This document shows positions 35,954 to 49,092 of a stretch of DNA of 64,000 bases, piece after piece (position 1 is the stretch's first letter; every line of letters begins with the position of its first letter). The notes below the pieces were generated by a model. That model saw only the letters and a program-made list of their open reading frames with translations, did no database searches and had not been told where the DNA came from. The translations under genes were made by a program, and so were the position numbers. This DNA comes from Octopus vulgaris. Lineage: Eukaryota. The stretch is from NCBI GenBank assembly GCA_951406725.2, contig OX597838.1:34472001-34536000 (forward strand), written 5' to 3'.

Positions 35954-36283
35954 TTCTTCGTTTCTTACAAGAATTACAAGATAAACGAAAGTCGACAATG
36001 CCGAGCAGACATTTTCACAAATGAGGCCACTTCGCAGCTTCGTACTTTACGTTTTTTTTTTGTTTTTTCTTTTTTTTTCCAAATATATTTCGAGTATCGT
36101 TTTTAAAATTATGAAAGTATAAAGAAACGTTGTTATATTTCAATTATTTTAAAATTAAATTTTCATATTTCTAACAAAACGAAATCGAAAACATTTCTTC
36201 AGACGTAAGTTTTCCAATAAATACGGAACTAGAAGCCACTCTGCTTGTTCTTGCAGCAAAGTCTGTGACTGCCAGCTGATAAC
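35954..36283. promoter_or_regulatory. Bidirectional promoter region between DIABLO-like (-) and PCYOX1-like (+)
   Basis: Divergent ATGs 330 bp apart; repeat-free with CpG-enriched flanks; YY1/TISU-like AAATGGCAGC over the minus-strand ATG; ETS-like CGGAA near 36223. Confidence 0.7.
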
Positions 36284-36365
36284 ATGTCGCGGTTGCTTCT
36301 GTCACTCACATTGCTTCTCTACCTACGATTTGTGTCGGCTTTCGACGAAGAATTACCTAGAATCG
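36284..36365 (+). CDS. PCYOX1: Prenylcysteine oxidase 1-like, exon 1 (signal peptide)
   Basis: MSRLLLSLTLLLYLRFVSA-FDEELPRI hydrophobic signal peptide; donor G|gtaagt phase 1. Confidence 0.88.
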
Positions 36366-38262
36366 GTAAGTTTACTTGACAATTTACAATTACAATAGTA
36401 ATATTTTACCCTCCCACTTTCTCAGTCAACGGACATCTCATGTTAAGACATGCTTGTTTATTCTTTCTGGTGGGAATAAGTTCATTCATATCCATTTATA
36501 CACAACATGCACAAAATAGGGAGCCCGTGTGCTGTTGTTAGACAGATTTAATTTAAAGAGAGGATGCATTGGATAACAGTAATCATGCATATCCCTAATC
36601 AGATGGGATGGTCATTGCTAGAATGCTTTTAAACATTAGTTTGCTCAGTGTCGGTAACCTGGGGCTAAACAATTTCAATAACATGCTTATGTGTTCGAAA
36701 CAACGAAGGGGCCTCCGCCAGTTAAAAATTGTAGCCAGTCGCACTCAAATTATATCCTGTTCGCTTTAAAAAAAAAGGCGCACATTCGCAAAAAGAAAAC
36801 AAAACCAGACGGACACATTGGATAAGTCTAATATACATCGTCTAAAAAAATGGGATGGTCACGGACGGGATGTTTTTGTCGTAGGAGTGTTGACTAGGCT
36901 TGTCCTGCAGTTTGACAACAATCACAACAATCTGTTCAGTTCCTATTCTGACATCAACAGGTGCGTGACAGCTGTTGCTGTCGAGTGTTTCCCTCTTTTG
37001 GGGGGAACTTTTACGCGGTCGCTCGATTTGCGAGAAACAATAGCTAAATCTCTATAAATTCACAAATCGTCAACAGTTTGAGAAAAGAGCACGTTGGATA
37101 ATGCAGCCCCTGGTAGATCTAACAGCTAAATCTCCTTCGTTCCAACAAAAGAAGGACACGTTGAATATTGTAGATTTTTTTACACACACCGGCTTTGAGT
37201 AAAACAAAACCGAATGGTCACAACCGGAACAGCTTTGAATATTATGTCCGAAGAAAAAAAAAAAAAAAAAAGATAGCCGAGGCTGAAATGTTCAGCCAGA
37301 GCCACCCTGATGTCAACAACATATGCTTGTCCCCTCATGTCCGCCACTCTACTCAGCATTATTAATAAAGTAGGTGCAAACTTACCCAAAGTAGTGAACC
37401 TGGAAATTTTGATAAAAATGCCGTGGCCAAACTATATGAAGTACATTTAGTACTCAGCTTACTTTTGGCTTTTTCTTCAATCATTCTAATTTGTGTATGA
37501 TCCTTTCTTACGTTCCACGGCTCAGGCGTGGCTGTGTTGCTTCTCACTTCAGTACCACTGCAAGGTACCTTGGACAAGTGTCTTGTACTATAGCCCCAGG
37601 GGTTAGCTCGCATTTTTTTCCATATTCGTTCTCTATACATTATTTTACACCCATTACACTATATTTTTTTTTCCAGTTTTGTGACCGGTTGTTTAAAGTT
37701 GGTTTATCGGATCGTGTGAATTTTCCGAGTCCTCTTCTCACCCCACCCGTTCGTTTACTACACCTTATTTTACACCTATTACACTTTTTCCCCCCATTTT
37801 TGTGGCCGGGTCCTAAACTAGAGATTAACCGCCCCAGGCCGGCCAAAGCTTCGTGAGTGAATTTGATAGACGAAAACTTTAAGAAGTCCATTGTGTGTGT
37901 CTTTGCCCCCTACTACCATTTGACAATCGGTGTTGGTTTGTTTACTTTCCCGTAATTTAGTTCGGCACAAGACACCAATAGAGCTCTTCAAAGCGGTGCT
38001 CCAGCATGGCTGCAGTCTAATGACTGAAACAAGTAAAAGATAAAGATAACACCACTAATCCATTTTTATGTGAATTTATTGACAACAGGCGCAGGAGTGG
38101 CTGTGTGGTAAGTAGCTTGTTTACCAACCACATGGTTCCGGGTTCAGTCCCACTGCGTGGCATCTTCGGTAAGTGTCTTCTACTATAGCCTCGGGTTGAC
38201 TAAAGCCTTGTGAGTGGATTTGGTAGACGGAAACTGAAAGAAGCCTGTCGTATATATGTATG

Positions 38263-38295
<33 letters not shown>

Positions 38296-38300
<5 letters not shown>

Positions 38301-38625
38301 AAATGAGAAAATGGAGAAACATACCTAAATCCATCATCAACCATCAGATAATACCCAATCAATACTTTATTAAACCATTACACAACAGCAATGACATTAT
38401 ACATAATATATTACAAATATAACTAGACATGGAAATAGAAATAGAAAATACAATTACATCGATGTAATTGTATTTTCTATTTCTATTTCCATGTCTAGTT
38501 ATATTTGTAATATATTATGTATAATGTCATTGCTGTTGTGTAATGGTTTAATAAAGTATTGATTGGGTATTATCTGATGGTTGATGATGGATTTAGGTAT
38601 GTTTCTCCATTTTCTCATTTTGTAT
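38296..38625. repeat. Perfect spacerless palindrome, about 165-bp arms
   Basis: Centre ...ATTACATC|GATGTAAT... at 38460/38461; arms are exact reverse complements by eye. Confidence 0.92.
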
Positions 38626-38801
38626 TATTAATTTACGGTAATAATTTTACCCTTGCCCACATAATACAGTGGATGAATTAATTGCACCGCAATTTTTAAC
38701 ATTTATGTATTAGTCTTGTTGGGTACCGCTCTAGCAGTATATTGGATATATGTTATCCCATGGAGGGTTGAATTTACAACCCCTATCTCATTTTATAACT
38801 G

Positions 38802-38839
<38 letters not shown>

Positions 38840-39898
38840 GTGTGTCTGTGTTTGTCCCCCCAACATCTCTTGACAACCGATGCTGGTGTGTTTATGTCCC
38901 CATCACTTAGCAGTTCGGCAAAAGAGGCCGATAGAATAAGTACTGGGCTTACAAAGAATAAGTCCCGGGGTCGAGTTGCTCGACTAAAGGCGGTGCCCCA
39001 GTATGGCCGCAGTCAAATGACTGAAACAAGTAAAAGAGTAACAGACTTGATAGAGAATTTTGCTACAGTTGTTTAACTGCAGGCCAGTCCTGAAATCGAT
39101 CAGATGAGTAATCAAAGATGTTCCAACCATGGCCATCACTTCTTTATTTCAATGTAGCTAGCATAATATATGGTCCAGTGGATTCTTTTTTTTTAAATCA
39201 TAGGATGTAATTCAATGGAGATTTGACTGCTATTTTTAGCAAGTCAAGTGACTATAAAAACGATGTTGTTTGGCTCCATTTCAGCTATGCAATGGAGCAG
39301 ATATATGATCAAAAGCTTTCCTGTCATGACCACCCACTCTCTTACTAATATATAATGTATATGCAAGTCTATTATTCAATTTGTGCTTTCTTTTCTTTTA
39401 AGCTGGTATATTGGGGCATGGAATAAACTACCCACATCGGTTGTTAGGGGTCAGAACACTACATATTTCAAAACTTCCATGTTTCCTGAACTTTGTGGCT
39501 GTGTGGTAAGAAGCTTGCTTCCAGGCCACGTGGTTCCTAGTTCAGTCCCACTGTGTGGCACCTTAGACAAGTGTCTTCCTCTACAGCCTTGAGCTGACCA
39601 AAGTCTTGTGAGTGGATTTGGTAGACGGAAACTAAAAGTAACCAGTCGTGTGTGTGTGTGTGTGTATATATATATAGGCGCAGGAGTGGCTGTGTGGTAA
39701 GTAGCTTGTTTACCAACCACATGGTTCCGGGTTCAGTCCCACTGTGTGGCACCTTGGGCAAGTGTCTTCTACTATAGCCTCGACCCAGGACTTATTCTTT
39801 TGAAGCCTAGTACTTATTCTATCGGTCCTTTTTGCTGAACCGCTAAGTTACAGGGACCTAAACACACCAGCATCGGTTGTCAAGCGATGTTGTGGGGA

Positions 39899-39944
<46 letters not shown>

Positions 39945-42447
39945 CGTTATAAAAATAGGGTTCAGTAAAATAATTTACTTTACCACACACCAAACTTTTT
40001 AGAAATAGCAGCCAAAAATCTTAGCTATTTCTTCTACTGTAAGAAAAATCTCCCAGACAATGCATACTCAAAAATAACTCACACAGGTATAGAGGGAAAA
40101 ATAACGAAAGATCACACCTATATAAGATTACCTGAGAATAGGCCCGTTTCTGGATTAGTTGAATATAAAGATTAACATTTCCTTCGTCAGCTCAGAGATT
40201 TCTCATGGTTTGGATTTGAGAGCAGTAAAAATCGAACATACCCGTCTGGTGTGAGTAATCCCAGACAAACCATATCCGACCACCAGTACCAACGAATTCA
40301 AAAATACAAGTGAGGCCTCGCATTCATCCCCATCAACCCACGTGAGTTACAGAGGGAACTGTAGTTACATTTCAGGGAGAGAGAATATATATATATATAT
40401 ACACACATACACACACACACACACACATATACATATATACAACGGGCTTCTTTCAGTTTCCGTCTCATGAGGCTTTGGTCGGCCTGAGGCTATAGTAGAA
40501 GATACTTGCCCAAGGTGTTACGCAGTGGGAATGAACCCAGAACCATGTGGTTGGTAAGCAAGCTACTTACCACACAGCCACTCCTGCGCCTGTTTATTTT
40601 TACTTTATATGTAGTTGAATACACCCTCACTCACCTAATGTCAAAACATTTTCTCTCTCTCTGTCTCTCACCACACATGTGTGCACATGAGTATATTGAT
40701 GCAAACAGGGAAAATAGAACTCAGCATATGAGCATATGTATATTTTAATTAATATTTAGCAGAAGTAACAGTGACTCAATGTCATGTCAGAAGAAATGCC
40801 ACTAAGCAGGAGTGGCTGTGTGGTAAGTAGCTTGCTTACGAAGCACATGGTTCCGGGTTCAGTTCCACTGTGTGGCACCTTGGGTAAGTGTCTTCGACTA
40901 TAGCCTCGGGCCGACCAAAGCCTTGTGAGTGGATTTGGTAGACGGAAACTGAAAGAAGCCCGTCGTATATATATATATATGTATATACATATATGTGTAT
41001 GTGCGTGTTTGTGTGTCTGTGTTTGTCCCCCCAACATCGCTTGACAACCGATGCTGGTGTGTTTACGTCCCCGTAACTTAGCGGTTCAGCAAAAAGAGAC
41101 CGATAAAATAAGTACTAGGCTTACAAAGAATAAGTCCTGTGGTCGATTTGATCGACTAAAGGCGGTGCTCCAGCATGGCCACAGTCACATGACTGAAACA
41201 AGTAAAAGAGAAAAAGAGTAAGCATCATGTCCAACGTGCAAACGGTTGTGCCAGTTTGTTACTCTGGTGGGAGATATAATAATCGTATGTGTCTGTCTGT
41301 GTGTCATTCAAGCTAAAACTATCAAAAGGGAAGCACAACAACAAACCTTGAAAGATAAAAAGCTTGATATAATGTCTATTGTTAATAAATCTTAACCAGA
41401 GTAAAGTTCTTTTTCTTTATTAATGTGGGTTTATTGGCAGAATCAGAAATAGCATTGGACAAAAATGCCTCGTGATACTTAATCACTTCACTCTATGTAC
41501 AGAGTTCAAATCCTGCAGTGATTTCATCTTTCAGGAGTTGATAAAGTACTAGTCATGTATTGGGATCTGTTTTATTGATAAACCCTTTCCCCAAATTTCT
41601 GTCTTTGTGTTTATATAAGAGACAAGAATAATAATAATGATAATAAATGCCCTGATGCAGTCCCAGACAGTAGCTCTCATGGCTTCTGATCTTAACCGAT
41701 TGGAAGTGTTATCATGTACATTGTTTTGTCTTGGTATAAAAGATGGGCTACAGCAAATATTCTATAAGCTTAAAGCTTATAAGCAATCACTGTGCAATGA
41801 CTAAAGAAAATAGTCTAATATTGGGGCATATAAGTCCTTGATGGAAAATATTCTAACTGAGCCCCACCTGCAAGGTCATGCGCTGTTTATCTTTAAGCTT
41901 ATAGAATATTATTATTATTTACAGAATTGTAAAAATCTATGCTGCTTACTAAAAACCTTCTTTCAGTTTCTGTCTCCCAAATCCACTCACAATACTTCAG
42001 TCAGCCTGAGGCTATGAGAGAAGACGCCTGTCCAAGGTGCCATACTGTGGGACCGAACCTGGTATTACATGGTTGAGAAGCAAACTTCTTACCACACAGC
42101 CATGCCTGTGTGTGTGCTTCCCTCTCTTTATGACTGTCTCTCAGTTTGCCTGTCAAGTATCTAAATACATCACACAGTATGATACTCCGTACATGGTATA
42201 CAGATGCTCTCTTTACTCTTTACTCTTTTACTTGTTTCAGTCATTTGGCTGCTGCCATGCTGGAGCACCACCTTTAATCGAGCAACTCGACCCCGGGACT
42301 TATTCTTTTGTAAGCCCAGTACTTATTCTATCGGTCTCTTTTGCCGGACCGCTAAGTGACAGGGAGATAAACACACCAGCATCAGTTGTCAAGCAATACT
42401 AGGGGGACAAACACAGACACACAAACACATATATACATATATATACA

Positions 42448-42481
<34 letters not shown>

Positions 42482-42559
42482 CATATATATATACATATAT
42501 ATATACATATATATATGTATATACATATGTATATACATATATATATACATATATATATG

Positions 42560-42607
<48 letters not shown>

Positions 42608-42915
42608 TATACATATATATGACAGGCTTCTTTCAGTTTCCGTCTACCAAATCCACTCACAAGGCATCGGTCAGCCCGAGGCTATAGTAGAAGACACTTG
42701 CCTAAGGTGCCATGCAGGGGGACTGAACCCGGAACCATGTGGTTGGTAAGCAAGCTACTTACCACACAGCCACTCCTGCGCCTATATGCTGTTTTCCTTT
42801 TTTTTAATTTATGCTTGTTTTTCTTAATTGATTAATTAATTTTTTTTTTAAATGATGATAGCGGGGAATTTCGCTGTTTAATTTTCCCAGTTTTCTTCGT
42901 CAATTCTTGTTGCAG

Positions 42916-43122
42916 CAATTGTCGGCGCTGGCATTGGGGGAACGTCAACAGCTTACTACCTCCGTCAACTGTTTGGGGACCAAGCCATCATAGATATATA
43001 TGAATCCAATAGTGTTGGCGGACGTTTGGACACTTTGAAATTTGACGGAGAATTCATAGAAACTGGTGGCAGTACACTTCATCCGAAAAATGCTTACATG
43101 CTGAATTTTACAAAGATTTTAG
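42916..43122 (+). CDS. PCYOX1: Prenylcysteine oxidase 1-like, exon 2 (FAD-binding motif)
   Basis: AIVGAGIGGTSTAYYLRQLFG...VGGRL...ETGGSTLHPKNAYM; GxGxxG Rossmann motif; canonical splice sites. Confidence 0.93.
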
Positions 43123-43715
43123 GTAAGGGGTTTAATTTTACTTATTCCATTTGTGATTGTACATGTAGGGTTGTTGTTTAACCCCTTAAGTCAGCCCTAT
43201 TCAACGAGACCAACGCTTAGCCCTTTAGTATACTTTTATACTTTTTATATACTTTTACTTGTTTCAGTCATTTGACTGCGGCCATGCTGGAGCACCGCCT
43301 TTAATCGAGCAACTCAACCCCGGGACTTATTCGTTGTAAGCCCAGTACTTATTCTATCGGTCTCTTTTGCCGAACCGCTAAGTGACAGGGACATAAACAG
43401 CATCGGTTGTTGAGCAATGCTAGGGGGACATACACATATATATATATACATATATACGACGGGCTTCTTTCAGTTTCCGTCTACCAAATCCACTCACAAG
43501 GCTTTGGTCGGCCCAAGGCTATAGTAGAAGACACTTACCCAAAGTGCCACCCAGAACCATGTGGTTGGTAAACAAGCTACTTACCACACAGCCACTCCTG
43601 CGCCTTTAGATTATTCTATCAAATGTGATGCTTATGTACTCACATGGTTTTACAATAATCGGGCATTATTTTGCAACTTCAATACATTAATGATATGATT
43701 GTATCAATGATATGA

Positions 43716-43784
43716 TCTAGATGAGGGATCACTTGGCTCGTCCGTCGATGAAGAGCGCGGCTATCTGCGTGAACTGATGCGAAT
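43716..43784 (+). pseudogene. 5.8S rRNA 5' fragment (tailless retrocopy)
   Basis: GGATCACTTGGCTCGTCCGTCGATGAAGAGCGCGGCTATCTGCGTGAACTGATGCGAAT matches the 5.8S core; flanked by AATGATATGATTGT at 43689-43702 and 43782-43795. Confidence 0.88.
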
Positions 43785-45150
43785 GATATGATTGTTTATG
43801 TTTAGAATGACATTATAGGGTAGGTGTAAGAGGCTGGAACTGGTCAGTTTGGACATAAAACCTGTAGAAAATTTGGGCCAGACATGGCCAGTTTAACCCT
43901 TTAGCATTTAAACTGGCTGTTTGGGGCTGAAATATTCTACCTGTCTTATGTTCAGACTGGCCAGATCCAGCCTTTTACACCTGCCCTACAATGTCATTCT
44001 AAAAATATACAATCACATCATTGAAATCTCAAAGCTTTGTCCTTCACTCACTATAGTCACACCCCTATGTACCTCTGACTTCCATCTCTGTCACTGTAAT
44101 CTCTCTCTCTCTCTCTCAGATTGTACTCTTCATTAACCTATTTTCTGATCCATCTACATATATATCATATGGCTGCTCTCCACCCTTCCTGTCTTGTTGC
44201 TTATCACCTCCTCTTTTCTGAGCCATTCCTATTTCATTCATTAACTTGCTACGAAACAGGTGAGAGTTGATGACAGGAAGGGCATCCAGCTGTAGAAATA
44301 TCTAACTCTTCTGTCACTATATTTCTGTTGAAAAATACTGCCTTTGTTTCAAATAGTTTTGAAAATAATGAAAAATTTATCAAAATAGCTTTGTTTTTAT
44401 TTAGCTGGTGTTTAGAACTTTAATTAACATGAAATTTTGATAGAAGGTTTTAATTTGGATCATTTTAAACAGGTAAGTTTGTATCGTTAGAACCAGGTGT
44501 GGTTGACCCATGCAAGCATGGAAAAATGGATGTTGAAATGACAATGGGATCACTTGCTTATAGGTCGTGAGCTCAAATCCACAGCAGTTGTTTGCTTCTC
44601 TTAATTTGAAAAGTCTGGCTGCATACACGTTAGCATATGTCAGGTGCATACAATTGACAACACAGTTAATTAAGATTTATTCAGTGAGTTCTATTCAACA
44701 CATGTTTACATGTGGAATCCATTAGATGAAGGCATTTTCAAAGTTTTGGCTGATAAAGTTGAACTGAAAAACCCTACAATGAGGCATGAATTGCACAAAG
44801 CCGTCTTGCAGTCTTGGGAAGAGCTATCTGAGTGGAAAATTCGTGGATGTATTCAACACCAAACTTGTGTTCGGCGTCAAATAGTTGACTGTTGTGGTGG
44901 TAACAGATTCGTGTAATAAATTTTGTGTTTATTTTTGTTTCATAATACATATTTTTTTCGGATGCAGCCAGACTTTTCACACAGTATTCTTGTGCTTCAT
45001 TGTACAACAGTTTTTTCGGATAGTCATTCTGTTGACAAAATTTGTAAAATAGGTATACTTTTGAAGTTTGTTAGTTTTGAATATATTCCACATTGATTTT
45101 TTTTTTCCCTCATCTTTTGAACTTAACTTGAAAATATTTCTCCTTGCCAG

Positions 45151-45328
45151 GCTTGGAAGCAAAAGAGCTTGAAAACAATGGATTTGGAATATACGATGGC
45201 AAAGAGTTTCAGTTTAGAACCAGTAGTTACAAAATTGTAACCCTCCTGAAAGCTTTCTGGCGTTACGGAAATGATTTGCAGAGAGTTGCAAATTGGGTAG
45301 ATGATTTGATTAGCAAAAAATTTACCCG
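45151..45328 (+). CDS. PCYOX1: Prenylcysteine oxidase 1-like, exon 3
   Basis: GLEAKELENNGFGIYDGKEFQFRTSSYKIVTLLKAFWRYGNDL...KFTR; phases 1/2. Confidence 0.92.
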
Positions 45329-46779
45329 GTAAGTTGTTTTTTTTTTTTTGGTGCTTTTTTTTTTTTGTACATTTTTTTACTGAAGGAATCAAATATAATC
45401 ACTCAAAATTTCATTAGCCTTAACTTTGGAAAGCAGTTTTGCATACCAGTCTATCTTCTGTTGAGGAATGTTATGTTTGAAGCTAGCACCCACTACACTC
45501 TTGGAGTGGTTGGCGTTAGGAAGGGCATCCAGCTGTAGAAACTCTGCCAGATCAAGATTGGAGCCTGGTGTGGCCGTCTGGTTCGCCTGCCCTCAGTCAA
45601 AATCGTCCAACCCATGCTAGCATGGAAAGCAGACGTTAAACGATGATGATGATGATGATGATATGTCAAGTTTACTGAGGCAATGTGATTTGCAGAAAAT
45701 ATCAATTCTATTTTTTGATAGTTATTTAACATCATTACTGGAATAACCATTAGATTTGTTAATTACAACATTAAAAGAATAAATAATATCATCAATGTAT
45801 AGGCGCAGGAGTGGCTGTGTGGTAAGTAGCTTGCTTACCAACCGCATGGTTCCGGGTTCAGTCCCACTGCGTGGCACCTTGGGCAAGTGTCTTATACTAT
45901 AGCCTCGGGCCGACCAAAGCCTTGCGAGTGGATTTGGTAGACGGAAATTGAAAGAAGCCTGTCATATATAAGTATATGTATATATATATATGTGTGTGTG
46001 TTTGTGTGTCTGTGTTTGTCTCCCAAACATCGCTTGACAACCGATGCTGGTGTGTTTATGTCCCCGTAACTTAGCGGTTCAGCAAAAGGGACCGATAGAA
46101 TAAATACTAGGCTTCCAAAGAATAAGACCTGGGGTCGATTTGGTCGACTAAAGGCGGTGCTCCAGCATGGCCACAGTCAAATGACTGAAACAAGTAAAGA
46201 GTAAAATGTCATAATCAACTTCGTTAGTGTAATCATCTTCATCATTGTTGCTATCATTGGTTGACCCTTTTACAGCAGAAATCAGATGTATCCACTCAAA
46301 ATTTCTTTGACTTTAGAAAGCAGTTTTATATCCCAATCTATCTTTTGTTAAAGAATGTCATTTTGAAACTATTTTCTGTCTGGATCCAGTCTTCAAATGC
46401 AAAGATACCCTAACTTAGCAAGCATTATATACTAGTTGGCTGCTACTGTTTAAGTCAGTGGTTTTCAACCAGGTTTCCGCCAGTACAGTCCAGGGGTTCC
46501 GCAAGAAGTTACAAAACTGCTAAAATCGGCAGTAATTTTTAATTCTCCTGTGCAGATATGTGTGCATAAGACTATTAAATTATTGCACAGGGGTTCCTCG
46601 AGCCAGTGGAATGCTTCCTTGGGGTTCCGCTCCAGCAAAAAGTTTGAAAAGCACTGGTTTAAGTGTTACAGAAAATTTAGCTGCTATTTTTAGGAGCTTG
46701 AAAGACTGCATAGGGAGTCATTGCTCCAGTATGTTTCTTATTCTGCTTGCTAATATTCCGTTTTTCATCGCTCAACCAG

Positions 46780-46988
46780 GATCTACAACCACCAATTAAA
46801 AGGGTATGCCTTTACTACTGTGAAAGATCTGCTGTTATCCATGGACCAATTAATGCTAAACTTAACCACCAGACCCTTAGAAGAAACTTTGAAAGAAATG
46901 GGCTTTTCTGATCGCTTTATTGCAGAGCCTGTTACTGTGGCTGTCCGAACAAATTATGGCCAGACAGTCAGTATGCAATCATTTGCTG
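46780..46988 (+). CDS. PCYOX1: Prenylcysteine oxidase 1-like, exon 4
   Basis: RIYNHQLKGYAFTTVKDLL...GFSDRFIAEPVTVAVRTNYGQTVSMQSFAG; donor gtgagt. Confidence 0.92.
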
Positions 46989-47569
46989 GTGAGTATTTAA
47001 CACAGAAACCAACCAGGAAACTGTTCTATGATTGGCTTTGTTTTTCTTACTTTTCATTTTTTTAGGGTTTTTTTTTCAAATTTTTAATGTTAACTCTTTT
47101 GACACCAAACAGCCTGAGGCTGCCCTTGGTCCCATGCCTTATACTTGAGGCTGTCCATATGTATCTATTGCTATGGGATGCTGGTTGTTGGCTGTGCTGT
47201 GGTTAAATTGGTGAATGGAAATGTTTCTTGACTACAGGGGAAAAAATAACTTAAACAGCACCCACAAATATTTAATCCTTTCGCATTTAATCCGGCCGTA
47301 TCTGGCTGAAATGTTCTACCTGTATTATGTTAAAACTAACCAGATCCAACCACTCACACCTAGCCTACAATGTCATTCTAAAAATATTCCTGTGCTGGTG
47401 GTACGTAAAAAGCCAGTGCCGCTTTGACTGGCTTCCATGCCGGTGGCACGTAAAAAGCACCACCCGATCTCAGCCGTTGCCAGCCTTGCCTGGCACCTGT
47501 ACCAGTGGCATGTAAAAAGCACTCACTACACTCACACCTAGCCTACAATGTCATTCTAAAAGTATCCCT

Positions 47570-47886
47570 GTGCCGGTGGCACGTAAACAGCACCATCCAA
47601 ACCTGGCTGATGCCAGTGCCGCTTTGACTGGCTTCCATGCCAGTGGCACGTAAAAAGCACCATGTGATCACGGCCGTTGCCAGCCTCGCCTGGCACCTGT
47701 GCCAGTGACACGTAAAAAGCACCCACTACACTCACGGAGTGGTTGGTGTTAGGAAGGGCATCCAGCTGTAGAAACTCTGCCAGATCAGACTGGAGCCTGG
47801 TGCAGCCTTCTGGCTTCCCAGACCCCGGTCAAACCGTCCAACCTATGCTAGCATGGGAAACGGACGTTAAACAATGATGATGATGT
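47570..47886 (+). mobile_element. SINE family C (RTE-like tail GGACGTTAAACGATGATG; internal GTGGCACGTAAAAAGCAC repeats); representative
   Basis: Copies at about 195, 2395, 5235, 9210-9600 (-), 16955, 18400, 24055, 45486, 55050, 55770 (-). Confidence 0.82.
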
Positions 47887-48038
47887 TACTGAAATCTTGG
47901 CTCTATAAGACAATGCGTGATTAATTCAAAACAATGTGAATAAAGAATACGTTTGACAAAGAAATCTGAATGCTGGAGGGTTAACTGAAATATTTATTAC
48001 TAGACATAATAAAGATATTGGTTGTTGGTTATTTACAA

Positions 48039-48343
48039 CTAGCAGTATTGCCTGGCGTTGCTCGGGTTTGTAAGGGAAATAACTATATAAGCATTTTTAG
48101 AGAGTTACTTCCCTTATATAACCCGAGCAAAAATCATTAAAAGTGCGGAAAAATTATTGTAAATTTTTTTTGAAATCGGAGACTCATCGTAGATGCGCGC
48201 TAATACCCAGAAGGGCTCGATATGAATGACGACTATAAAATACCCACTTTTGGTTAAACTGCACCGCAAGATGTGGGAGTAGTTAGGAATCTAAATCAGA
48301 GGAGACAGACACACACACACAACTTTAGTTTTATATATAAAGA
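48039..48343 (-). mobile_element. Non-autonomous helitron
   Basis: A|TCTTTATATATAAA start; hairpin CCCGAGCAACGCCAGG; CTAG|T end; no TSD. Confidence 0.75.
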
Positions 48344-49092
48344 TTAACATCATAAATAATTACAGATTGGCAAAGAGATCCAGCTCTCTGAAGATACAGA
48401 GAGCTCTTTGTACAGCCACATGCTGTCGACCCAACATATATGAAATCAATGGTGCTCACTTCCAGGCAACAGAGGTCTTTGGTCAGCTACCTTGGGCTGT
48501 GTGTGTGTGGCACGAATGAAGGCACATGTCACTCAGCTGCCTCGACATTCTGTGAAGAATTTAGGTGCCAAAACAGCCTTTTTATAGGGTACGAGAACAT
48601 TCTAGAAAACAGCACATCATGGCTTGACGCTGCTTGGTTGCTTAATAGACCAATTGAGAAACTATTGCAGTTTCATCATTGTGTCTGACCAGTTATTTAG
48701 CAGTGAGGTTTCAAATCACTGCTACATATTCTATAGTGCTGTTTAGCCCAAGTTACACCTGATCATTCAGACTCATGACCAAATATATTCTAGTTGTGAC
48801 CACATTACCTTTTATATATCAAGGCTATATTATTCAATGTGACCATTTCTTTTAAGATGCTAATTTGAGAAAGGGATTTTGGCTGCTATTTCTAGCAGGT
48901 CAAGCGACCACAGAGAGGCTCCTTCATTGGCTCTGTGTCTGTTAAAAATCATGAGTAGACCATTATTGTCCCTTGGGGTAAGGACAAATTTATATTGGGG
49001 TACATTTAATTTCCACTGCCTCAGTGCCAGGGATTATGTTTTGTATTTTTTTTTTGTTTCTTTTGTTACCAATGCTCTTGCGCTTGCAACCT

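Noticed and set aside
43716-43784. Functional rRNA gene
   Set aside because: Under half of 5.8S, with no ITS, 18S or 28S; TSD-flanked.
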